A DNA stretch of 64,000 nucleotides. Source: an uncultured virus (IMG/VR IMGVR_UViG_3300028840_008159) (taxonomy: Duplodnaviria > Heunggongvirae > Uroviricota > Caudoviricetes). The notes under the pieces were generated by a model that searched no databases, was not told the origin of the DNA, and worked only from the letters and a program-made list of their open reading frames with translations. The stretch lies in the IMG/VR virus record IMGVR_UViG_3300028840_008159. One strand, written 5' to 3'. A program made the translations under genes and the position numbers. This document shows positions 10,801 through 20,911 of this stretch, piece after piece. Every line of letters begins with the position of its first letter. Within the stretch, counting starts at the first letter, position 1.

Positions 10801-11148
10801 ATGAACGACAAGCCCATGCAGCGTTTCTACTTCCGCCTGACCTGCGAAACCGAGTCGCCCTCCACGGTCGCCACGTCCGAGTTCGGAATCGAGATCGAAG
10901 TCTCGCCCGGCGGCCCACGTTCAAGGTCTCACGTCGCCACGTTCCTCTGGGACCTCGCGTTCACCCCGTGGGTGCCACCATGGAACTTCCGCTGGATCGA
11001 GACGATGAGAGGGGTCGAGAGGGAGGCCAGCCTCGAGGCCATCCGGACGTCCAGGAAGATGTCCCTCAGGCTCCTCCCGTGGAAGAAAAGGATTCGCTGG
11101 GCCACGACGAAACGCGAGGGGTGGGTCGAGGAGAGGCTGCTGCCATGA
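10801..11148 (+). CDS. Trp/Arg-rich hypothetical protein
   Basis: first ORF after the promoter; ATGA-coupled to 11145-11381. Confidence 0.55.
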   Translation: MNDKPMQRFYFRLTCETESPSTVATSEFGIEIEVSPGGPRSRSHVATFLWDLAFTPWVPPWNFRWIETMRGVEREASLEAIRTSRKMSLRLLPWKKRIRWATTKREGWVEERLLP

Positions 11149-12229
11149 GTCGCAGGCGCCCGGTCCGGTTCGAGCCCATCATCGGGTTCGGGGACCAGTC
11201 CATGTACTTCAGCATGAGGATATCCCCAAAGAAGCCGTCCCCGATGGACGACATGTTCGTCGCCGTCGCGATCTCCTCATACCGGGCGGCCGACGTCGTC
11301 GAGCGCGTCTTTGAGAGTCCGATGCCCCACCTCAAGATCATCATGTTCGAGTCCATCTCCGGAAGGGTCGCGTCCCGTTGAATCCAGGGAGTCATCCATG
11401 AGCTTTCCGATCCAGGTTTACTTCAGGATGGGCGGCCTATACCACGGGGAGGTCCGGATCGTCGTCGGCAAGCCGAACGGCTGCGTCCTCGACGTCCGGC
11501 GCCTGTTCCCCATCCCGCAAGCGGACGATCCATCCCCGTTATCGACCATCCTCGGACGGAACCCGTGGGGCGCGTGGATCAGGGAGCAATGGAGTCAGCA
11601 TCAGCAGGACGTGATGGGGGACGTGTTTGGGCCGAGCCTGCATCGCGTCAGGACCGTGCCACACGCGCGACTCCCCATGGCGCTGAGCCTTTTCCTCCTT
11701 GACCAAGCCCCCGATAGGGATTACGTTGGGGTTCATGAACATGAGGAAACATATCGGCTTCGCGAGCGCCTGGAGGATGGAGCGCGACGATCCGTTTCCC
11801 GTCTTTAACTTCTACTGCGTCAAGCAGCAGGGTCAGGGCCAAGGCGTCGTCAGCGACAAGGAATGGGACGTCATGGGGATGCTCCCGATACGCGTATCCC
11901 TCCCGTTCCCCCACGACGAGCCATGGTCCCGCGCCTGGATGAGATGCTTCGGGAACGGCATAAACATCGCCCACCCATGGTATCACGGACCGCAAATCGG
12001 AACCTCGTCCGATGAAGGGTGAAAAAACGCGAGCGCCCCTGACGGGAGCCATCGTCAAACAGGCCACGAAGAAGGCCAGGGATTCCATCCCGTCCGACTG
12101 GAAGAAACCCTACTGGCCCCCCGAATGGTCCTGGCCGTGGCTCGGGATAAGGCGCGAATCAGACAGGGAAAGCTGCCCGCGAGCAATAATAATAATAGGT
12201 GGGATGAGGCCGAGCGCTTTCGGACGGGG

Positions 12230-12258
12230 AGGCCCCTCCGGGGGGTGTTCGGCGGTAT
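12230..12258. repeat. 29-bp exact copy of 50520-50548
   Basis: AGGCCCCTCCGGGGGGTGTTCGGCGGTAT at both loci. Confidence 0.9.
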
Positions 12259-12306
12259 ATATTAGGGGCTTGCCCGAACTGACCTGCTGCGAGGGAGGAA
12301 TCGACG

Positions 12307-12579
12307 ATGGACAAGCGAGACCTGAGGGTCGGGGAGATCGTCCAGCTCAATCCCGAGACCACCAAGAACAAGGCCTTCGCCGGCTGCCTCATGGTCGTCA
12401 GCGAGCCCAAGTCCTTCGGCGCCCAGGGCTACGTCCAGGCGCTAGGGGAGTCCCGCGACGACATGGGCGGCCAGGCGTACTACAGGGCCTCCTGGGACGA
12501 GATGGAGGAGACCGGCGGCTCCGCCCCCTGGCTGATCGGGAGCGCCTCCGAGGAATGCATTTCACGGAGCGGAGATTAG
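12307..12579 (+). CDS. small phage protein
   Basis: GGAGG RBS; GEIVQLNPE...FAGCLMVVSEPKSFGAQGYV. Confidence 0.8.
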   Translation: MDKRDLRVGEIVQLNPETTKNKAFAGCLMVVSEPKSFGAQGYVQALGESRDDMGGQAYYRASWDEMEETGGSAPWLIGSASEECISRSGD

Positions 12580-12825
12580 CGGATGAGGTGCGTAAACTGC
12601 GAGGATGAGTTTAAGATCAAGGAGCCTGTCCTACCGGAGATATCGACGATGATTCGCCCGAACGATGTTCCGTTATGCGTGCGGTGCCTTTGCAGGCGGG
12701 AGATGCGGTGGCTGAAGTTCTGGCATTACGTGCAAGTAATCTGCTTCTGGCTTCTCATCGCCTTGTTCATCCTCGTGCCTATAATAGCGCGCATACGAGG
12801 ATGATCGGGAGCGCCTCCGAGGAAT
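12533..12825. repeat. 24-bp direct repeats flanking an inserted low-GC gene
   Basis: TGATCGGGAGCGCCTCCGAGGAAT at 12533-12556 and 12802-12825. Confidence 0.9.
12583..12804 (+). CDS. small CxxC plus C-terminal transmembrane protein
   Basis: CVNC...CVRC and hydrophobic tail; GGAG RBS; lies between the direct repeats. Confidence 0.65.
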   Translation: MRCVNCEDEFKIKEPVLPEISTMIRPNDVPLCVRCLCRREMRWLKFWHYVQVICFWLLIALFILVPIIARIRG

Positions 12826-13349
12826 ATGACCAATGCGCCGCTACGTCGAGATCCACCACGGGCACTACGAAGACGACGAATTCGACCCCTCGATCGGCCT
12901 GTACCACCGGAGGTCGGCCCTCGTCGTCGACGCCGTCTCCCACTTCCCGCCCGAATACTATGATCATCCCGACGGGACGAGGGGCCTTTGCGCGAGCCGC
13001 GTCCGCCTCGGCGACATCCGCTACCCCATTCGCGTGAGCCTGGAATGGCAACGCGTGATCCGGACGATGGACATGTCCCGGGGGTTCAACTCGTGGGACT
13101 TCCGGAGATGGGAAGCCCTCCGGCGAGGAGGAGAGACAAGGAGAGACATGTGATGCTTTTCAAACACTGGATGATCCTGTCCCTCGCCATCAGCCTTGTC
13201 CTATTAGGCTCTTCTTTCGTGGCCGTCGTCTGCTATTACAACATTCCCCTAAGCGTCTCATTGATTTTCACGGCCATCTTGGCCCATGAATTCTGCATTC
13301 ACAAGTCGAGGAAAGCTCCATTCTCCAAGAAGAAATGGGAGTCCAACCC

Positions 13350-13754
13350 ATGAGCAGGAAGCCGAGGCAAAGGACCGTCTACGGCGTCAAGGTCGAGGTC
13401 CCGAGGGCGGCCACCATGAGGCGCCGCCACGGCAAGTGGTGGGTCGACCCGTCGGGCGGATGGTTCTGGTCCCACGACTCGGACTTCCCCGTATGCCTCT
13501 GCACGAAGCCCAACTGGCTGGACCACGCCCACAACAAGGTGTTCGCCGCCATCGCCAGGGCCGAGCTGGAGCGCTCCGGGGTCCACGGCCGCCGGGCGCG
13601 GGCGTGGCAACGCGTCTACGAGAAGGCCTGCGCGGCGGAGGAGAGGCACCGGGCCGCGCTGGAGAGGCAGCGCGAGCGCCTCGAGGAGAGGAACGAGAAG
13701 ATGCCCACCTGCGGGCACAAGCAGCGCAGGAAGCTGAGGGAGGGACGCGAATGA
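13350..13754 (+). CDS. basic hypothetical protein
   Basis: ATGA overlaps at both ends. Confidence 0.65.
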   Translation: MSRKPRQRTVYGVKVEVPRAATMRRRHGKWWVDPSGGWFWSHDSDFPVCLCTKPNWLDHAHNKVFAAIARAELERSGVHGRRARAWQRVYEKACAAEERHRAALERQRERLEERNEKMPTCGHKQRRKLREGRE

Positions 13755-15379
13755 AACCGACGACAAGCGCCTGCATCCATTTGGGTCTGGACGCGGTCGC
13801 CTGGAGGCGCATCCGGCGTCATGTCGTCTCGGGGCCCCTCGTGATGCGCGACGGCATCGGGCCGTGGGCGGGCGGCCGAGATCACTACCTCGTAACCCTG
13901 AAGAACGAGTGGGGCGCCTTCGGACCCCTCCGAGGAGTAGGCGCGTCATCATTCTCAAATCCGAGCGTCATAAACCTTCTTGTCCCGTCCCGCGAATGAC
14001 GCTCGCCAGGACGGTCCGCCGGATGACTCCGAAAACAACGCCTTCCCGGGGCCACCCCCGCTCGACTCCCCGGAGGACGCCCCAATGCTCCAGCAATCCC
14101 ACGTTGGACCTCCGGAACGCCTCCTCGACGAAGAACGCGTCCTGCGAGCCCCGAACCTTGAACGCCTCCCACCGGCTCATCTCGCGATCCTCAGGGTGAA
14201 CATCTCGCTCCTCCATGGACTTCGGGGCCGGGCGTAGGGGGAAGGCAGCTCGGTCATCGAGACCACCCCCCGGAACGGCCACCCCATCCGGTCCCAAGCC
14301 GCTACTAGCTCTCGGCTCACGTTCTGGTCCAGCAGGACGGAAGACATCAGGGGCGGCAACAAGTACTCCCCCTCCTCCCGGGGGCTCGACGCCAGGGTGA
14401 CCGTCATCGAGACCATCCGCATCCTCGACGTGGGCATCCTGCTGGAATCGAACCACAAGGCCAGCCGCTCAGCCATGCCTGAACCTCATCTCCCACTGGG
14501 CCGCCCCCTCCGCGTGCCCGTGCATCAGCGCGATCCGCGTCGCCGGGACCGGCCCCACCAGCCTCAGGATCGACGCGTCCACGTTGCGGAGGGGAAGCCG
14601 GACGGTGCAGTCGATCCCCTCGACGGGATGGTTCCAGGGCGCCCTCGTCGCCCTGAGCCGGATGTGCAAGGCCCCCGCGCGACTGGGGACGTCCACGAGG
14701 TCCATCAGCAGACGGCTCGGGGAGCAATGCGTCGTCACCCAGACGAACTCGCGAGCCCCGAGGATCCTCAGCCACGCGAAATTGATCATCCGCCTGGGCC
14801 AAGAAGGGTCGACGGCCGCGTCGAGCGCCTCGGGCCCCGGCTCCTCGACGACGCGATCATCAAAGACGACGACAAGGTCATGCTCGAGGCTCATCGAACA
14901 ACAACTCCTCTAGTTCCGGCGGAAACGGGTCCCCCGGCACGAACCACGGCCCCTGGATGACACCCGACCACGAGATCGGGATGGTCAATCGCCGGGCCAG
15001 CGCGTTCTCGTACCGGAGGCTGGAGATCGCGTCCCGATGACCCGACCCGCCCCTCAGGAGACCGCAACGGGCGATCTGAATTCGTGATCCCTCGACGCCC
15101 AGGACCGACATGTACAGCTCGATGGCGCGCCTCAGCGGGGTCTCCTTTCTGGCGATGGCCTTGATCGATGGGCCGCCAACTCGCGCTCGCGCTCCGTCGT
15201 CCTCGCCAGCCGCCACAAGTCCTCGGGCTTCGACCCGTTCCAGGTTCGCCACGCCCCCCAGGCCACCTCGGAGCCCCCGATGCGGACCAGGCATCGGTCC
15301 TTCAGGTTGCGTCGCAGGTTCAACGGGAACCTCTCCATCCCATTCCCTCCGACGTCAAGCCTACCACGCCGGCACCCCG

Positions 15380-15407
15380 TTGACAACCCCCGGCCGCGTG
15401 GTATCCT
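15380..15407 (+). promoter_or_regulatory. sigma70-type promoter (extended -10)
   Basis: TTGACA-N16-TATCCT with TG upstream of -10; followed by AGGAGG and ATG 15429; same architecture as 10746. Confidence 0.7.
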
Positions 15408-15979
15408 GAACCCAGGAGGACCCAAGACATGCCGCGATGCCCGAACGAAGTCGGGGGGGCTGCGCTTCGCCGGGGAGCTGGGCTCGATCCACGCCGAGGG
15501 CCCGGATGGGGAGCGAAAGCCACTCGAGTCCAGGACGCGCTCGAACATCATGACCGACGGGCTGCTCCTCCTGCGCGGGGAGTCCCTCCCCCTCCTCGTC
15601 GACGCCATCCCCTCCCCGGGGAACCTCCATAGACACGTCGGGTTGTGGTGCGTCATCCCGTCCGCGAACGCGGGCCTCCGGATCACCCGCTTCGGCTCCG
15701 TCACGGCGAGATGGTCGTGGGTCGAGACGATCGAGGAGATCGAGGAGAGGAGGACTTCATGAGTTGGCCGTTTCCCCCTTCGTTCGGCGTCAAGGCAGGA
15801 CGTCCAACGGACCACGTCGTCATGGAGGGCGTCGGCCCGGGATCGCTGGTCCCTTTCTTCGACAACCTCGTCGGGGACGAGGCGTGGAACGCGGTCGCGG
15901 ACGCGTTCTCGATCTCCCCGTGGTGCGTGGAGATGAAGCGTCCCGGATACCTGGGCTCGGAAGCCGTGAGGGGGGTCCG

Positions 15980-16249
15980 ATGACCGACGCCCTCCCCGCG
16001 ATGCGCAAGCGCATGCTCTCCTCGTACCACCGGGTCTCGGTCAAGGCCGGCTTCGTCAGGAACGGGACCGTCCGCAGGATGGGCGCCTGGCAGGACGACT
16101 TCCTGTCCTACGTCCTGGACTACTACAGGCTCCCCTTCACCATCCCGAAGGGACGCGATCTCAAGGACTGGCAGGTCAACATGCTCGTCAGGAACCAGGT
16201 CGCCGCCCAGATGGTCGACGCCAGGGAACGCACGTGGGAGGACCGTTAA
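15980..16249 (+). CDS. hypothetical protein, paralog of 20651-20911
   Basis: shares DALP..R..MLSS...WQ..F...VLD...LP.T.P....L..WQ...QV.AQM with 20651-20911. Confidence 0.7.
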   Translation: MTDALPAMRKRMLSSYHRVSVKAGFVRNGTVRRMGAWQDDFLSYVLDYYRLPFTIPKGRDLKDWQVNMLVRNQVAAQMVDARERTWEDR

Positions 16250-16252
16250 GAC

Positions 16253-16486
16253 ATGAGGACGACGGGTAAAGAGAAAAAAGACCTGTACCTGCTGGTCGGG
16301 AACGGGACCTACCGGCAGGACTCCTGGCTCCTCAGGACGTCGAGGCGACCCTTGCTCCTCGGACAGGCGATCAAGGCCGTCGAGGACAAGGTCGGGCTGC
16401 GGGGAATGGATCGCTCCTCGGCCACCTTCGACCTGGTGGCGGTCCAGCCCGAGCTGGCCCTGGACATCGACGAGCCAAGCGAGTAG
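16253..16486 (+). CDS. hypothetical protein, paralog of 37814-38017
   Basis: C-terminus LVAVQPELALDID vs LVAVEPELALQID. Confidence 0.7.
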   Translation: MRTTGKEKKDLYLLVGNGTYRQDSWLLRTSRRPLLLGQAIKAVEDKVGLRGMDRSSATFDLVAVQPELALDIDEPSE

Positions 16487-16529
16487 CCCCAAGGCGATGT
16501 CAGGGCGATGTCAGGGAGGAGGAGGAGAC

Positions 16530-16856
16530 GTGGCAAAGCGAAAGCGAAAGAAGAATAAGGACAAGCCCCAGTTCCGGGCCAGGCTCTGCGACGCCGGGAC
16601 CGACTTCCAGTATTTCTCGATGAGGACGGCCAAGAAGGACAACGCCGTCGACCTCGGGGTCCTCACGATGGCCGAGCTGGCCGAGTGCCTGACCGGGGCC
16701 ATCGGCTGCCCCGGCCTCGTCCCCGTGTACCTCGGCGACCTAGCCATGGCCATCCTCGAGGACTTGAATTTCGAGGGCAAGGAGAAGCTTGGCCCGCTGC
16801 TCAAGGAGGCCAGGAAGCGCAGGGACAAGTGGACCCTGAGAAGACGCGTGACCTAA
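16530..16856 (+). CDS. hypothetical protein
   Basis: GTG start after GGAGGAGGAG. Confidence 0.7.
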   Translation: MAKRKRKKNKDKPQFRARLCDAGTDFQYFSMRTAKKDNAVDLGVLTMAELAECLTGAIGCPGLVPVYLGDLAMAILEDLNFEGKEKLGPLLKEARKRRDKWTLRRRVT

Positions 16857-16860
16857 GTCC

Positions 16861-17166
16861 TTACTGAATCTTGGCCCATTCGATGCCGCGTTCGCGGGCT
16901 TCCCTCGCCGTGATGTCTTCGTCTCCGGCCCCGAACGTCGTGGATGGCTTGATGGGAGCGCCCGGGAAAAACGTCCAGACGATCTCCTCCGTGCCAGTCA
17001 CGTTCCCCTCCTCGTCCTTGATCTCGTGTGGCCCAAGAAGCAAGACCGTATAGCCCACGTTCGGCAAGCCGCCCGGGACGTCATCCTTGGAAACGATGGC
17101 TGACTGCCCAGATCCCGACTTGACCGTGCGCAATTGGACGGGCGTATTCGGCGGTAACTGGGCCAC
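16861..17166 (-). CDS. hypothetical phage protein
   Basis: 101 aa; TVLLLGPHE...VWTFFPG; GGAGG RBS supplied by the 48-bp copy. Confidence 0.7.
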   Translation of the reverse strand: MAQLPPNTPVQLRTVKSGSGQSAIVSKDDVPGGLPNVGYTVLLLGPHEIKDEEGNVTGTEEIVWTFFPGAPIKPSTTFGAGDEDITAREARERGIEWAKIQ

Positions 17167-17173
17167 CTCGATC

Positions 17174-17221
17174 CCTCCCTCGCCAACGATACCGCCGCGT
17201 TCGAGCCCGTTTCCGGCGTGG
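17174..17221. repeat. 48-bp exact reverse-complement copy of 57145-57192
   Basis: CCTCCCTCGCCAACGATACCGCCGCGTTCGAGCCCGTTTCCGGCGTGG. Confidence 0.92.
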
Positions 17222-18624
17222 GGTGGCGGGGTCCCTCGGGGAGAGGGCGCCGTGAGGCGTCCGGTCCAGGAGGTTCCGACCCGACTTATGACGAACTAAA
17301 TCCCAGGCGCAGGAAGCCGCGCCCAGGAGAAAGCCATGAAGATCACGAAGTCGGAATCCTCCCTTCAAAAGACGCTCTCCACGCGTCAGCCAGGAACCAA
17401 CATAGGGAGCGCGTTTGACCGTCCCGTGACGATCGAGGAGCTCAAATCGTTCGACTGGGAACCATACTCGCATCCAGACGTCGCCCCCCCCGCGGTCTCT
17501 TTCAAGACGGAAGACGTTGGCGGGACCTTCGGGATTCATGAACGGGATGATGGTAAAGATGGCCAATGACCGCATCTCGCGGGCATTCGACGCCACGATG
17601 AGGATCGCCCCGGACTACCTGTGCTCCCCGCCGCGTCAAGGGATGGCCTCCATGATGTCCCTCCTCGCCGCCTCGGCCCTGATCGACCTCTCCGTCCGCT
17701 CGTCCATGGGGAAGACGATGACGACCCGATGGGCGATCCTATCGAGGTACCCGGACGGCCCCGAGCGCGGGTAGGACACGTCCAGCCCGTAACAGGGCCC
17801 CGCGACAGGGTGGGTGCCAATTCTGATGTCGTTGAACTCGTCCAAGCCCATCATCTCCACCCGGATGAACCGCCGCCTCCTCAACAGGGAGTCCAAGCGC
17901 CTCCTCCATGGGCTTCCTGGCTCGGAGGAGCTCCGGTACGCGTCCCACATGGCTCATCCCCCAACCTTGAAGACGTGTCCCCCGTCCCGCAACACTGGAG
18001 TCGGCGATCCCGGGAGCCTGAACGGGAAAATCGGCCTGAATCCCAGCGCCTTCTCCATGACGATCAGGTACATCTCCATCCATGGCGCGTCCGCCCCCCA
18101 ATCCCGGCCCCTCTTCCACAGGTACGGTCCGATACCCGGAATCAATGGCTCGACGAGCCAGCGACCCTCCAACGTGCTCTCCCCCCCGCGAGACTCGACC
18201 CACATCATGGCGGCTCGCCCGTCCTCATACGGGGTGATTATCGGCCGCAACAACTTGCGCCCCCGGCCATCGCGCCTGCCCATTTCACCGAAACCTCCGC
18301 TGATGGAACCCCCGCCACGTGAAGGGCTCCCGCATCGCCTCCTGCGTCGGATCACGCGGTAGCCCGGACGACAACCTGCCCAACAGGGAGTGCGCGCAAC
18401 GAACCTCCGCGACGGCGCTCACGACGCGCGGGTCCCGGCTGACGCTGACGACCCAATGGTCATGCCCGGAGCCATCCTGCCCGACCAGGAACATGACGTA
18501 TACGCTGTGTCGGACGCTGCTTCGGACAAGGCCCCGACGCGGTACGGCCGGCGCCGGCCCGACGACGTCCCACTCCTTCGGCTCGTCATCGTCGAAACCC
18601 ATGGGTCCCTTTCGCTTGCCCATC

Positions 18625-18706
18625 AAGGCGTCCTCGCCGCGTCGGCCACGGCCACCCAATGGCGTAAGGCGTCCTCGCCGCGTCGGCCACGGCCACCCAA
18701 TGGCGT
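18625..18706. repeat. perfect 41-bp tandem duplication
   Basis: AAGGCGTCCTCGCCGCGTCGGCCACGGCCACCCAATGGCGT x2. Confidence 0.92.
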
Positions 18707-20163
18707 ATCGCGGCCCGGTACATCGGGTGGCCCCGCATCATGATGACCCCCTCCACTTGATCGAGAACGACCCCGCTAACCCCCGACAAGTCCGGCAGCG
18801 CCCTCGGAACATCCGCTGGCCCCGGCTTCGGGCCGTCAAAAACCACCTGAAGGGCGAATGATAGCCTCACGAGCCCTCCCCCGGCGGCGCGATCCACAGG
18901 CACGCCAGGCAGAAGACCGAGCAAGCCCCCAGCAGGTAGCTGACGTAATTGAACCCGCCCGCCCCCCGGGCGGCCGGCAACACCCCGATGACGAGGACGA
19001 CCAGCAACGCGCCCAGCATCTTCATCCTGAACCTCATGTCCCACCTCCTGAACCTCATGTCCTGCCGCCCTTCGCGTGCTTAATCCCCATGCGTCAATCC
19101 CCATGCATCAGGATGTATTCTTCCTTGTGGGAGCGCCAGTCCTCGGGTGGTCCCAGGAGCACCACCATCCTCCCTCGGTCTACCCTCTTGATGACGGCCC
19201 AGGGCGTCCCGTAACGATGCGACGTGGCCTTGACGATCATCCCGACGAAGGGAAAGACCGGCAACGGATCGGGCCAATCGACCTCCCAGCGCCTCATGTA
19301 GGACGAAAGGCATGGATCATGATCGTAGCTCACGGCGAACATCCGCGTCTGCCTCCTCGAACGATACCCTACCACGCGACGCGCCCAAAGCAAGCCTTGA
19401 CTCGGGCCCCGGAAGGGTTTATCGTCCGTCCATGAAGAAGAAGATACACATGATCGTGGAGGGACGCGCCTGGCGCGCCCTCCACGAGCCCGCGAGGGCA
19501 TCCATCGCGAGACGGTGGCGCACGGCGTCGTTCCCCCTCGACGTCCTCGCGGGCAGCATGCTGGATTTCGTCCGCGATCAGGGGGGGAAATGGCGAGCGT
19601 CATGAACATGCCGATGCGGATGCCGATGCGGATAAGGTGGTTCCTGGACGTGGCTTACTTCGGACCCGCCAGGCCGGCCGGCCCGTATCCGGCCAAGGCC
19701 ACCCTGCCCGTCAAGACGTTCGTGGCGTATCACGTCCTGATCCGCATGGGCTTGTCCCCGACGTGGGTCCTCAGGGCCGGCCCTGGTCGTCCATTCCCCG
19801 GGATTCAACGGAAACCATGAACTTCAAGGTCGATGGCCACATCCACGTGGGGCTCGACGCCGTCCCCGACCGCGATACCATCGTCTGGCGCATGCACGTC
19901 TTCGCCAGGGACCACTCGTCCAGCGTCGACCTGTCCCTCGGACTCCTCCGCTGCTCGGCCAGCGCGTATTCCCAGCTCATTAGAGGGTGGGGCTCCCACG
20001 GGCGGCGGCGGCGATGGAACGTGGCGGGCTCGCAGTTCATGTCGGCCTGGGCGGGATACATGATGATCGAGTGGTCGCAGCCTCGGCAGGGCGCCCCCAA
20101 GGGCTTCAAGGAACCATGGAAACCGGGCCTCCTCCCGGCCGCCATGGACCGGAGGGTCAGGAA

Positions 20164-20451
20164 ATGAAAGACGCCTCAGCAATCCCATCAGGCCCCTATT
20201 GCCACGGCAAAAGCCTCGGTGACGTCTGCCCGTACTGGAAACTCCTGCCAGATAGACCCGAACAATACAACGGGTGGTGCGATTTTTTGGGGAAAGGCGA
20301 TATCGAATTGGGTGGCGAAAAGGAATTAGAGAACGTGGATACGGGGGAGAAGGCGAAGGGATCCGAATTCGGTTTTCCCGTCAGTCTTCTGTGGGACCAA
20401 TGTAAAGAATGCGGAATCAACGAGGACGAGGACGAGGGAGCCCAGGAATGA
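20164..20451 (+). CDS. Cys-rich phage protein, low GC
   Basis: IPSGPYC...CPYW...GWCDFL...LLWDQCKECGIN. Confidence 0.75.
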   Translation: MKDASAIPSGPYCHGKSLGDVCPYWKLLPDRPEQYNGWCDFLGKGDIELGGEKELENVDTGEKAKGSEFGFPVSLLWDQCKECGINEDEDEGAQE

Positions 20452-20650
20452 CCGACCAAGACGACGCCTTGTCCTTCGGCATCCCCTTCTTCCTGAGGCA
20501 GCGCGTCAGGAACCACTGCCGGGAGGACGTTAGATTCTTCCGACGCGCCTGGATCGCCTGGGCCACGAGGACCGGATCACAGTCCTTGAGCCACCGCCCC
20601 CTGATACCGGTCCTCTGGCCAGCCGGCGAGACGCGGCCCCCGCGACCCCG

Positions 20651-20911
20651 ATGAACCCCCCGATCGACGCCCTCCCCCGCATCCGCAGGGGCATGCTGTC
20701 GTCCTTCCGGGCGATCCTCCTGAAGTTCGACCCCACCCTCCGGACCGCCTTGCGCTCCTGGCAGAACAGGTTCGTCATCCACGTCCTGGACCAACACGAG
20801 CTCCCCTACACCTTCCCGACCGACCCCGAGCTGGAGAGCTGGCAGGCCAGGGCCATCGTCGGGGAGCAGGTCGTCGCCCAGATGATCGAGTCCAAGGGGA
20901 CCAAGGGATGA
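20651..20911 (+). CDS. hypothetical protein, paralog of 15980-16249
   Basis: visible end-to-end similarity; ATGA overlaps. Confidence 0.7.
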   Translation: MNPPIDALPRIRRGMLSSFRAILLKFDPTLRTALRSWQNRFVIHVLDQHELPYTFPTDPELESWQARAIVGEQVVAQMIESKGTKG

